Source: Bacteriovoracaceae bacterium (GTDB lineage Bacteria; Bdellovibrionota; Bacteriovoracia; Bacteriovoracales; Bacteriovoracaceae). Taken from it: a stretch of DNA of 64,000 nucleotides. Shown here in pieces: positions 55,091-62,845 of the stretch. Where the stretch lies: positions 8,506 through 72,505 of the forward strand of contig JBMLQL010000064.1 of assembly GCA_049241565.1 (NCBI GenBank), written 5' to 3'. A program made the position numbers and the translations under genes. Within the stretch, counting starts at the first letter, position 1. Each line of letters starts with the position of its first letter. Under the pieces are notes generated by a model, which saw nothing but the letters and a program-made list of their open reading frames with translations, was not told the origin of the DNA and did no database searches.

Positions 55091-55945
55091 TCAGATTGAA
55101 TCTACAAGTTTAAGAAAATCCAATCGATATTTTCCCTGATCAACATGAAAACCATCAATATGTTGGCCTTCATCTAATTTCCAAATCCATTTTTGCGAAG
55201 CTTTTGATCTCTTAAAGATCTTTTTGCCAAATTTCGAAGGCACAATCCGATCTTTTTCACCCACAATCACCAAAGTTGGGGCCATGACTTGATCCAGCGT
55301 ATCATCAGCTGCATATTCATCTGAAACGAGAAGATAAGTGAGTGGACTCAAAGGAAGAAATAACCAGTGATCCGTCAGTTTATCAAAACCAATATCCTGA
55401 TAAGACATGAAAGTTGAATCGAGTACAAGCAAAGAAACTTTATCTTTAAGTTCAAAATCGGCCATGGCCCTTAGAGAAATAACTCCTCCAAGACTTTGTC
55501 CGTAAATAATAAATTTCTCATTTTCTTTTTTTTGATTCTTTTTAAAAAGATCATGGCCATAAGTCATTGCGGCGAGAGCATCTTGATAAACTCCTTTTTG
55601 AAAAGGAGCTCCTTCAGATTTCCCATACCCGCGATAATCAAAAATAAAAAGATCAAATCCCTCCTTGGTCACCCAAGCAAGATTTAAAAAATGCGACGAC
55701 AAATTCTGAGCATTTCCATGAAAGTGGACAAGAAGTCCTCGTCTTTTCACTTTGGGGTCGGCCGGCAAAAGCCAGCTATGAAGTTCAGTCCCATCAAGGC
55801 TTTTAAATTTATGTTCTTGATAATTGAGTTTGAATTGGTCTGGAGTGAAGTAAGTTTGCTTGGTGGGTTGGTAAAAAAGATGTGTACAGGCGGTAAGTCC
55901 TATGAGAATGATGATTAAAAGGCCCTTACCCATCCCAAGCTCCAT
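55091..55945 (-). CDS. alpha/beta hydrolase, probable lipoprotein
   Basis: Lipobox-like GLTAC, plus HFHGNAQN and the nucleophile elbow GQSLGG. Confidence 0.75.
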   Translation of the reverse strand: MELGMGKGLLIIILIGLTACTHLFYQPTKQTYFTPDQFKLNYQEHKFKSLDGTELHSWLLPADPKVKRRGLLVHFHGNAQNLSSHFLNLAWVTKEGFDLFIFDYRGYGKSEGAPFQKGVYQDALAAMTYGHDLFKKNQKKENEKFIIYGQSLGGVISLRAMADFELKDKVSLLVLDSTFMSYQDIGFDKLTDHWLFLPLSPLTYLLVSDEYAADDTLDQVMAPTLVIVGEKDRIVPSKFGKKIFKRSKASQKWIWKLDEGQHIDGFHVDQGKYRLDFLKLVDSI

Positions 55946-56080
55946 CTTGATTGATCTAATAAAAGATATTCTTAGTATGCCTGGATTTTTGTCTTAATCA
56001 AATCCTAACCATCTTAACCTAATCAAAAAAGGACTTAACTGAGGTCGTCAGCTATCTTTAGATATATCAAGGAGGATAAA

Positions 56081-56236
56081 ATGAAGACTTTAGCTAGAAC
56101 ATTACTTATCGCCGTTTCCCCCCTGCTACTGGTGATCTATTGGAGAAATGAGCTTAGGGATCTTACTCAACGTCAAAATCAAAATACTGACGAGGATATG
56201 GCTCTTTTACTAATGAATAATGCCACCACTCTTTAG
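56081..56236 (+). CDS. candidate small membrane protein (51 aa), unannotated
   Basis: AAGGAGGA with GGAGG 5 nt upstream of the ATG. The peptide begins MKTLARTLLIAVSPLLLVIYWRNELRD... Its last 74 nt overlap the 3' end of the convergent ddpX-like gene, which lowers confidence. Confidence 0.35.
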   Translation: MKTLARTLLIAVSPLLLVIYWRNELRDLTQRQNQNTDEDMALLLMNNATTL

Positions 56237-56825
56237 AGAAGTTTTTAAACCCGTTTGATTCCATAAGTTTTTTCAGGAGTTGACGGTTCTTTGATTGGGC
56301 AGGAGTGATATTCTTATTATCTGTGTGAGAAAGGTCATCAAAATAATCAAATCGAGTGCCCATATCTAACTCTTTACCTGTTTTCTGATCGGCCAGAGTT
56401 AAATCAAGAGCACTTCCACGAGAATGACTGGACTGAGAAGCGATATAGCCCAGCTCAAAAAGCTCTGGTTTGGTGTGCTTGGGATAATAAAGCTCTTTAA
56501 TAACTAAATTAGTCTCTGGAGCTTTGGCCCACTCACCGAAATAGGCCACGGCCTTAGCAGGTCTATATCCATCAAAAATTTTTATCGTCAAACCAAGCTT
56601 TAACGCTTCCTCTTGAACTTTACATAAAGCTTCGACAGCTTCTTTTGAGGTAATCGCAGTCACACGTTTATAACCTTTCACAACTGTTCCTGTGAAATTT
56701 TCAGTGGTCGCATAATCTGCATTGATAAGAATTGAAGGACAATACTGTCCAATATCTACAAAACCTTTTTCCATTGCGAATCCTGCCGTTGCATAAAATA
56801 AAAAGAAGAGATTAAAAATACCCAT
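56163..56825 (-). CDS. ddpX: D-alanyl-D-alanine dipeptidase (VanX/DdpX, peptidase M15D) with a signal peptide
   Basis: Contains SSHSRGSALDL and EWWHY. The hydrophobic N-terminus is MGIFNLFFLFYATAGFA. Confidence 0.8.
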   Translation of the reverse strand: MGIFNLFFLFYATAGFAMEKGFVDIGQYCPSILINADYATTENFTGTVVKGYKRVTAITSKEAVEALCKVQEEALKLGLTIKIFDGYRPAKAVAYFGEWAKAPETNLVIKELYYPKHTKPELFELGYIASQSSHSRGSALDLTLADQKTGKELDMGTRFDYFDDLSHTDNKNITPAQSKNRQLLKKLMESNGFKNFSKEWWHYSLVKEPYPRQYFDFDVE

Positions 56826-58692
56826 AAAATCCTAGCTCACTCCATTGATTTGTTTGCGACTTAATATCGTACCAATCAGTCTTCATGAACACACTCCAAG
56901 AAGAATTAAGATGCCATCTGAGCTCTCCACCACGCTGAAACGAAGTGGAAGAGAAATCATTATCAGTAAAATAATGGCGCCATTTATACGAAGACAGTAA
57001 ACCAAGGCTAAGTTTATCAGAAAGGATAAAACGTGTCGAAAGCTCAGGCCCGAGTCCTATTCTCCAGCCGTGCTCAAAATGATCTTGTTGATGAAGCTCG
57101 ATCTTAGTCAGAAGAGTCACAATAGATGATTTGTCTGGACCAAAACCAATTGTTCCTCCTCCACCTAATTCAATGGCAGAAGAAAGCTGATCTTTTATCA
57201 CTTCATCACGAAGTGTTCCCATTCCAATACGTGCATTCCAAGAAAAGTTTTGCTGCCAAGGAGTCACTGGCTGATAACTTTTCACTCTAAAAATATCGAG
57301 ATGGTTAATCAGAAGTTTTCTTGGAGAACGATATTCTTGCTGCTGGAGGCGAAGACCAATATCAGCAAAAGTAATTTCTGAGAACGGCGGCTGACCTGCT
57401 AAGGGATCAAGCTGATCGTGAAGAGCAAATCTCATTGAGAGCTGCTGATAACTTCCTTCATCAGCACTATATCCAGAACTGAGTCCAACTCTTTGTGAGC
57501 GATGGGCCTGATCTGGATACATATTCGGCGCCACTTTATATTCTTTAGTCACTGAAATCTCAGGATTCTCTGCACGGATCATTAAGAGTTCATGTTTATC
57601 ATTTTTTTTCTGTCCCTTCTCGAGGAGAAGGTCTTTAGCATAAAGAAAATCCATGGCCTCAATAGAGCTATCTAAAATTTTGGCCTGATCTTTTGTCGTT
57701 GGTAGGGCCTTGAGCTCAGCTTCGTATTTCTTGGGATCAGTGGCCAAGTTCTGAACAAGAAGCCTCTCCTGTGGGCTCATCTCTTTAGTTCCACGCTCAA
57801 GACGTGTTAAAGCTGACGGGCGGAATGACTTACCTGAAACAAGTCCAGGCTCTTCGACCGCTGCTCGAACTGTGTCGGCCGGGATCACATAAAAGGGAAT
57901 ACGATCAACTAAGTTAAAACGTGGATCAACCACATCAATAATCGCCAGAATTTGGTAGGAACAATTTTCAGTGAAGTACCAATAATCAAACCTCGTTTGA
58001 CCAACCTCCCAAATATGAGCAACCATAAAATCAATTTGATATTGAGACAAATTAAGATCATATTCCCATAAATCGCGCATTTCAAAATCGTTGTATTCTC
58101 TGACTTTGTAGTAATAAGGAATTGAAGTAAAATCTCCAGGATATAAACCAAATAGACTTTTAAAAGCATATATAAAAGCAAATTGAGAGTCTATTCGTGC
58201 CCCATAATTGACACCATAATCTAGAAGTTCAAATTTATCATTGTTCCTAGCCCCATGAGCATGACGGTTAAGTCTGAGAAAAGTATGTCCAAAAGCCGAA
58301 GCTGGAGTATTTATATAATAAGAAGAAAAAATAAGGCTGGCCGAGCGAGCTTCAAGCTTACTGCTAAACTCATTGAAATCCTTGCACCGTTTAAAATCAA
58401 AAGCAGCTAGTCCAATCATTTTTTTAAGCCAAATATAACGGGCAGGGAAACGACAAATAGCTTCTTGATTATTTTCTTTAAAAGCTCTGATTGTTTTTTC
58501 TAATTCATGACGAGGATTCGTTTTCCCGTCTTCAGCAAGAAAGAATCGCTCATCATCGGCTTCACTCTCCACACCAAAAAGTGTTGGATTATAATGCATG
58601 AGACGTTGCCAGGTAATGTCTTTGGATAATTGATCGATATCTTGGGCAAAAGCCGAGGAAGCAAAGAAAAGTATTAAAACAATTTTTTTCAT
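56812..58692 (-). CDS. DUF4105 (Lnb N-terminal-like) domain fused to a probable outer-membrane beta-barrel
   Basis: Signal peptide MKKIVLILFFASSAFAQ from ATG 58692. DUF4105-like motifs are AFGHTFLRL and FDYWYFTENCSYQILAIIDV. The C-terminal 200 aa or so show an alternating pattern and end GFYGYF, a terminal aromatic residue typical of OMPs. Confidence 0.7.
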   Translation of the reverse strand: MKKIVLILFFASSAFAQDIDQLSKDITWQRLMHYNPTLFGVESEADDERFFLAEDGKTNPRHELEKTIRAFKENNQEAICRFPARYIWLKKMIGLAAFDFKRCKDFNEFSSKLEARSASLIFSSYYINTPASAFGHTFLRLNRHAHGARNNDKFELLDYGVNYGARIDSQFAFIYAFKSLFGLYPGDFTSIPYYYKVREYNDFEMRDLWEYDLNLSQYQIDFMVAHIWEVGQTRFDYWYFTENCSYQILAIIDVVDPRFNLVDRIPFYVIPADTVRAAVEEPGLVSGKSFRPSALTRLERGTKEMSPQERLLVQNLATDPKKYEAELKALPTTKDQAKILDSSIEAMDFLYAKDLLLEKGQKKNDKHELLMIRAENPEISVTKEYKVAPNMYPDQAHRSQRVGLSSGYSADEGSYQQLSMRFALHDQLDPLAGQPPFSEITFADIGLRLQQQEYRSPRKLLINHLDIFRVKSYQPVTPWQQNFSWNARIGMGTLRDEVIKDQLSSAIELGGGGTIGFGPDKSSIVTLLTKIELHQQDHFEHGWRIGLGPELSTRFILSDKLSLGLLSSYKWRHYFTDNDFSSTSFQRGGELRWHLNSSWSVFMKTDWYDIKSQTNQWSELGFYGYF

Positions 58693-58732
58693 GAATGGGA
58701 CCCGCTTTTTGTTGCAGGTCCCATTATAGGAA

Positions 58733-59194
58733 TTAGATATTAGTGTTGCAAGAAGTAGAAGCAACAGAGTTTAGGCTGTTTGTGATTTCTACCGAAGAAG
58801 CGTCAGCGTTAGAAAAAATGCTTCTGTAGTTTGATTTAAGAGCTTTTCCGAAATCAGCTGTATTTGTACAACCATAAACTTTTGAAAGGTTCATGATAGT
58901 TTCACCATTTCCTTTAGCGATATCGTTAGCTAGAGCAAGCTTGTTAGCTTCAACATAAGCTTGAACTTGAGCAATTTTTAATGGAGCAGGTGAATCACAA
59001 TTAGAAGTTCCAAGCGTGATACCGATTGATTGCATACCAGTTGTATTAGTCGTTCCAGCTAAAACTTGCTTCCACCAAGTTTGGTCACCTTCGAAAATCA
59101 TTGAACCAAGACCGCATCCAGCTGAACCATACTTAGAAGCAAAAGCAGAAGAAGTCAGAAGAGCAAGAGTAACAACGATCAGAATTTTTTTCAT
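58733..59194 (-). CDS. DUF3015-family secreted protein
   Basis: Begins MKKILIVVTLALLTSSAFASKYGSAGCGLGSMIF and contains TNTTGMQSIGITLGTSNC. AAAGGA lies upstream of ATG 59194. Confidence 0.6.
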   Translation of the reverse strand: MKKILIVVTLALLTSSAFASKYGSAGCGLGSMIFEGDQTWWKQVLAGTTNTTGMQSIGITLGTSNCDSPAPLKIAQVQAYVEANKLALANDIAKGNGETIMNLSKVYGCTNTADFGKALKSNYRSIFSNADASSVEITNSLNSVASTSCNTNI

Positions 59195-59385
59195 AATTAA
59201 ATCCTTTAAATTTAGAGTTAGTAAAAAATATACATCCAATTAGTTCTAAACCAAAGAAATAAAAAAATCCCGACAATAACAATCAGGCAAAGACTTTAGA
59301 TATTTATAAAGAATTCTTATATTTTACTAAAAATTGAAGCATGATAAAAAAGAATGTAAATATTAAATTATAAAAAGGGCGTTAG

Positions 59386-59769
59386 ATGAAAAAAAATCTT
59401 TTTCTTATTTTTTCGATTTTTTTGTTTTGTAGTTGTGCCATGATTGTAAAAAGCAACAGGCAGTCAGTTTACTTCAAAGGAGGTCCTGAAAAGGGATTAA
59501 CAAAAGTGCAGACACCTGATGGCACTTATGAAATCGAAGGCGGCCAGGCTTCATATCTTTTAACAAGATCTAAAGCAGATATTCCAATAAAAGTTACATG
59601 TCCTGATGGAACATCTAAACCCGGAGTTGTACAAACGAGATTTGACTGGATAGCCGGTGGACTTGGTAATTGGTGGACTTATTTTATTGGATCAATCTTT
59701 GATGCTATAAGCGACAAAGGTTATGATATAGAAGATGTGTCTTTGATGTCATACTGTAAACATACTTAG
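59386..59769 (+). CDS. hypothetical lipoprotein
   Basis: Lipobox in MKKNLFLIFSIFLFCSCAM. Confidence 0.65.
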   Translation: MKKNLFLIFSIFLFCSCAMIVKSNRQSVYFKGGPEKGLTKVQTPDGTYEIEGGQASYLLTRSKADIPIKVTCPDGTSKPGVVQTRFDWIAGGLGNWWTYFIGSIFDAISDKGYDIEDVSLMSYCKHT

Positions 59770-59783
59770 TTTTAACTAATTTC

Positions 59784-59811
59784 GAACACAGCCCAAATCT
59801 GGGCTGTGTTC
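59784..59811. terminator. bidirectional hairpin between convergent genes
   Basis: 12-bp stem GAACACAGCCCA / TGGGCTGTGTTC with a 4-nt loop. Confidence 0.6.
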
Positions 59812-59854
59812 ATCAATATGAAGAGAAATTTCGTAAATGAAATAACGACCGGGC

Positions 59855-60391
59855 TTAATTCAATCCAAAGGCTTTAAGAGTTAAATAAGTTAATCTTAAT
59901 CTTTTTTCTGGAGACTCATCCATCGCAAGAAGAAGTTGCTCTAGCTCATCAGCCAGGCCGAGATCACAGACAAATTTATCTGCTTCAACCTCTGCCATCA
60001 TAGGATCCACCGCAGGCTCTTCAAGCTCATACACGAGAAAAGCCACTTCATGGGCAAGGTAGGCCTCAGCATAGTTTTTATTTGTCCGAAGAAGTTTTTC
60101 AAATTGAGGAAAAACAACCACTGTATTTTTGAGACTGTAGTTTTTAAGTTCTTTATTTTTAAACTCAGAGCTTGGAACAAAAACAAGAGCGTGCTGGAAA
60201 AAGAGTTTTTCTATAAGGCCAATCGGAAGCCTCTTCAACATCATTTCGAAATGAAACTGAACCTGAGAGTCAACAGTAATCCATGCATGCTCTGGTTGAG
60301 ATAAAAAATATTCTTTGAATTGATTTCTTAATTCTTTTTTCTTGTGATGATCAGATTTAACAGTGAAGAATTTTCCGAGCAAATTTAGCAT
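59855..60391 (-). CDS. hypothetical protein (178 aa)
   Basis: ORF with coding-like composition. No family recognised. Confidence 0.5.
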   Translation of the reverse strand: MLNLLGKFFTVKSDHHKKKELRNQFKEYFLSQPEHAWITVDSQVQFHFEMMLKRLPIGLIEKLFFQHALVFVPSSEFKNKELKNYSLKNTVVVFPQFEKLLRTNKNYAEAYLAHEVAFLVYELEEPAVDPMMAEVEADKFVCDLGLADELEQLLLAMDESPEKRLRLTYLTLKAFGLN

Positions 60392-60443
60392 AATAAACTC
60401 CCTATATATGCTTTTCGGGAGTTTATTATGCTTCTAAAGCTAT

Positions 60444-60725
60444 TTATTGAAATGATGGTTGAGCGTCAGGATCAGTTGTCGCTGTCAAAGGAAGAATATA
60501 CTTTTCTCCAATTAGCTGAATAAGATCATCTGGAATCTTTGTGGCCTTGTATTTCTTGCCGTTTGTCGTTCTAATCCAGAAACCATTGATGAGTTTATCA
60601 GGGCGATTAATGCGAATAGGTTTAAGTGAAACGATATGATCAAGATTAAATAACATCTCGACCTCTTCCATATCGCGCCCCAGAGTATCTTTTGGGGTTA
60701 AGACAACAAACTTTCTAAAATTCAT
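60444..60725 (-). CDS. hypothetical protein (93 aa)
   Basis: ORF preceded by AAGGAG (reverse complement of 60731-60736). No family recognised with confidence. Confidence 0.5.
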   Translation of the reverse strand: MNFRKFVVLTPKDTLGRDMEEVEMLFNLDHIVSLKPIRINRPDKLINGFWIRTTNGKKYKATKIPDDLIQLIGEKYILPLTATTDPDAQPSFQ

Positions 60726-60793
60726 GGAAGACTCCTTTATAATTAAGGTATTTTAAAGGTGTTAGGATTTATTACCAGACTAAAGGTATTTAG

Positions 60794-61456
60794 TTGAAAA
60801 ATTTACAGGATAAAGACACACAAAGAATTCATTTCCAGGCCCCGGCCTTTATGGACCTCACCTCACGTATTCCGTCGAAACCTCAAGAGGTTATCCTACT
60901 CCTCCACGGCCTTGGGGAGCGAGGGAAGCGGATTTACCGAAAATTTGTGAGTTCTCTCCCTGAGAATGCGGCCATACTTGCTCCAAATGGAATCTACCCA
61001 CTCCCGTCGGTTCGAAACGGCGAGACTCGCTATACTTACGCTTGGTATTTTTATGACCGAGCCTCTCAGAGCTATCTCATTAATCAAGATCTTCCCGTGG
61101 CTTGGCTGGGTGAGATGATTCGCTCTCTCGATTTAGATCATCTGCCTTTAACTATTATTGGCTTCTCTCAAGGAGGCTATCTTGCTCCGTTTGTGGGCCA
61201 GTCTTTGCCTCAAACAAAACATGTTATTGGTATTGGATGTGAGTTCAGAACTCCCCTCTTAAAAGATCATTTTGATTTTAAAATGACAGCGATTCATGGC
61301 ACTGAAGATAAAATTATTTTGCCTGAGTGGGCCGAAAAAGAAGTGAAAGAATTAAAGGCCAGAGGTGTGGCAAGTGAGTTTCATCTTGTTCCTGGTGTGG
61401 GACATGAAATCAATAGCGAAATTGTTAAACAAATCCTCAATGTCATAAGGAAATAA
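60794..61456 (+). CDS. phospholipase/carboxylesterase-family alpha/beta hydrolase
   Basis: Contains LLLHGLGERG, GFSQGG, an HGTEDKI-type acid region and GHE. Confidence 0.75.
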   Translation: MKNLQDKDTQRIHFQAPAFMDLTSRIPSKPQEVILLLHGLGERGKRIYRKFVSSLPENAAILAPNGIYPLPSVRNGETRYTYAWYFYDRASQSYLINQDLPVAWLGEMIRSLDLDHLPLTIIGFSQGGYLAPFVGQSLPQTKHVIGIGCEFRTPLLKDHFDFKMTAIHGTEDKIILPEWAEKEVKELKARGVASEFHLVPGVGHEINSEIVKQILNVIRK

Positions 61457-61459
61457 CTC

Positions 61460-61981
61460 ATGGAAGATTTAAAATACAACGGAAAAATTATTCAAGTCAC
61501 AGAAGAAACTTTAAACGGTTTAATCTGGGAAAGATGCTATCTCCCAGATGGAGTTATTGTTTTTCCATTCACCAAGGAAGGAAAAATTCTCTTCGTCAAA
61601 GAAAGTCGTCCCCATGAAACACCTACAGTTCGTCTCAAGCCCGTCTCAGGGATTTTAGAAAAAGAAAAAGGCTCACCTGAAGAAAATGCGAACCGAGAAC
61701 TTCAAGAAGAGATTGGATTCAAGGCAGAAAAACTTCAAAACTTTTTGACTCTAAAATCAAACGGGACAGTTAATAATACTCAGTATTTTTTTATGGCCAC
61801 AGGTCTTTCAGTCAGCAAACTTCCCAACCCAGATGGAGAAGATACTATTCTTGAAATTGTGGAACTAGGCCTTGAAGAGCTCCATGAGTTTTATATGAAT
61901 GAGACTATCCGCTGGTCTCATTCGACGCTTGGCTTCTTAAAACTATACTCTTTGCTCAAAGGCGGAAAGCTAAGTTATTGA
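61460..61981 (+). CDS. Nudix hydrolase
   Basis: Nudix box GILEKEKGSPEENANRELQEEIGF. Confidence 0.85.
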   Translation: MEDLKYNGKIIQVTEETLNGLIWERCYLPDGVIVFPFTKEGKILFVKESRPHETPTVRLKPVSGILEKEKGSPEENANRELQEEIGFKAEKLQNFLTLKSNGTVNNTQYFFMATGLSVSKLPNPDGEDTILEIVELGLEELHEFYMNETIRWSHSTLGFLKLYSLLKGGKLSY

Positions 61982-62026
61982 TTTTTTTATTGCCGCATGC
62001 AAACATTACCCACCCTACTAAAACTA

Positions 62027-62068
62027 TTGTTTGATCAGCCGAACAGAGGTATAATGATAGAGTCATAG
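62027..62068 (+). promoter_or_regulatory. candidate sigma70 promoter for bfd with an overlapping Fur-box-like sequence
   Basis: TTGTTT, 17 nt, then TATAAT (62050..62055). TATAATGATAGAGTCATAG resembles the Fur consensus GATAATGATAATCATTATC in its left half plus TCAT. Confidence 0.4.
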
Positions 62069-62078
62069 GGGAAAAACA

Positions 62079-62282
62079 ATGTACGTTTGTATTTGTAAAG
62101 GCATCACAGAAAAGCAACTTCAAGAAGTGATTACGTCACGTCCCTCTCATAATTCTAAGGACATCCTCAAGGCCCTAGGTATTGGTTCTGACTGTGGAAC
62201 TTGCGTTGAGGACGCTATTAATTCGATTCTTCAAAAAGCATCTTCACCGATGGAAGCGAAAGATACCTCAAACAATTCTTAG
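62079..62282 (+). CDS. bfd: bacterioferritin-associated ferredoxin
   Basis: Contains MYVCICKG...GSDCGTC, the [2Fe-2S] BFD pattern. Confidence 0.85.
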   Translation: MYVCICKGITEKQLQEVITSRPSHNSKDILKALGIGSDCGTCVEDAINSILQKASSPMEAKDTSNNS

Positions 62283-62348
62283 CACACTAAAACCTTCTTT
62301 CCTTCTCTCGCATACACTTCTAAAATAGTCTCAAGAGAGAGGTATTCT

Positions 62349-62834
62349 ATGAAAGGTTCAGCAAAAATTATCGAAGCACTTAATTCTGTTCTCACTAAAG
62401 AGCTTACAGCTATCAATCAATATTTCCTTCATGCTCGTATGCTTCAGAACTGGGGCCTTGAGAAAATCGGTAAGCTTGAATATGAAGCCTCTATCGATGA
62501 GATGAAACATGCGGATATGGTTGTTAAAAGAATTCTTTTTCTTGATGGACTTCCAAACCTTCAAAAGATTGGCAAACTTCGCGTAGGTCAGAATGTGAAG
62601 GAAGTGATCGAAGCTGATTTAGAAGTTGAGTATGAAGCAGTTCCTCACTTAAAAAATTGTATTAAGATTGCAGAAGCTGATCATGATTACGTCACTCGTG
62701 ATCTTTTCCTTTCAATTCTAGCTTCAGAAGAAAAACATGTTGATTGGCTTGAAACTCAACAATCACTTATCAAAGCTGTGGGTGTTCAGAATTATATTCA
62801 ATCTCAAATTGATCCAGATAAAGGTGCTGAATAA
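62349..62834 (+). CDS. bfr: bacterioferritin
   Basis: Begins MKGSAKIIEALNSVLTKELTAINQYFLHARM. Also carries the ferroxidase residues E..H and the haem-ligand Met context EMKHADM. Confidence 0.9.
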   Translation: MKGSAKIIEALNSVLTKELTAINQYFLHARMLQNWGLEKIGKLEYEASIDEMKHADMVVKRILFLDGLPNLQKIGKLRVGQNVKEVIEADLEVEYEAVPHLKNCIKIAEADHDYVTRDLFLSILASEEKHVDWLETQQSLIKAVGVQNYIQSQIDPDKGAE

Positions 62835-62845
62835 GCACCTTTATC
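62817..62845. terminator. bidirectional hairpin shared by convergent bfr and the PLD-like gene
   Basis: 11-bp stem GATAAAGGTGC / GCACCTTTATC. The 7-nt loop contains the bfr stop codon. Confidence 0.6.

Noticed and set aside
59855-60391. Possible metallopeptidase motif in the 178-aa protein (LAHEVAFLVYE).
   Set aside because: The sequence is HEVAF, not HExxH. No second His or Glu ligand pattern is visible.
60444-60725. Possible FlbD-like flagellar protein: IRTTNGKKYKATKIPDDLIQLI resembles the FlbD pattern ItLtNGkkyvVkEs.eeV...I.
   Set aside because: The match is a single short stretch recalled from memory, there are no flagellar genes nearby, and the protein is longer than typical FlbD. This is not enough to make the call.
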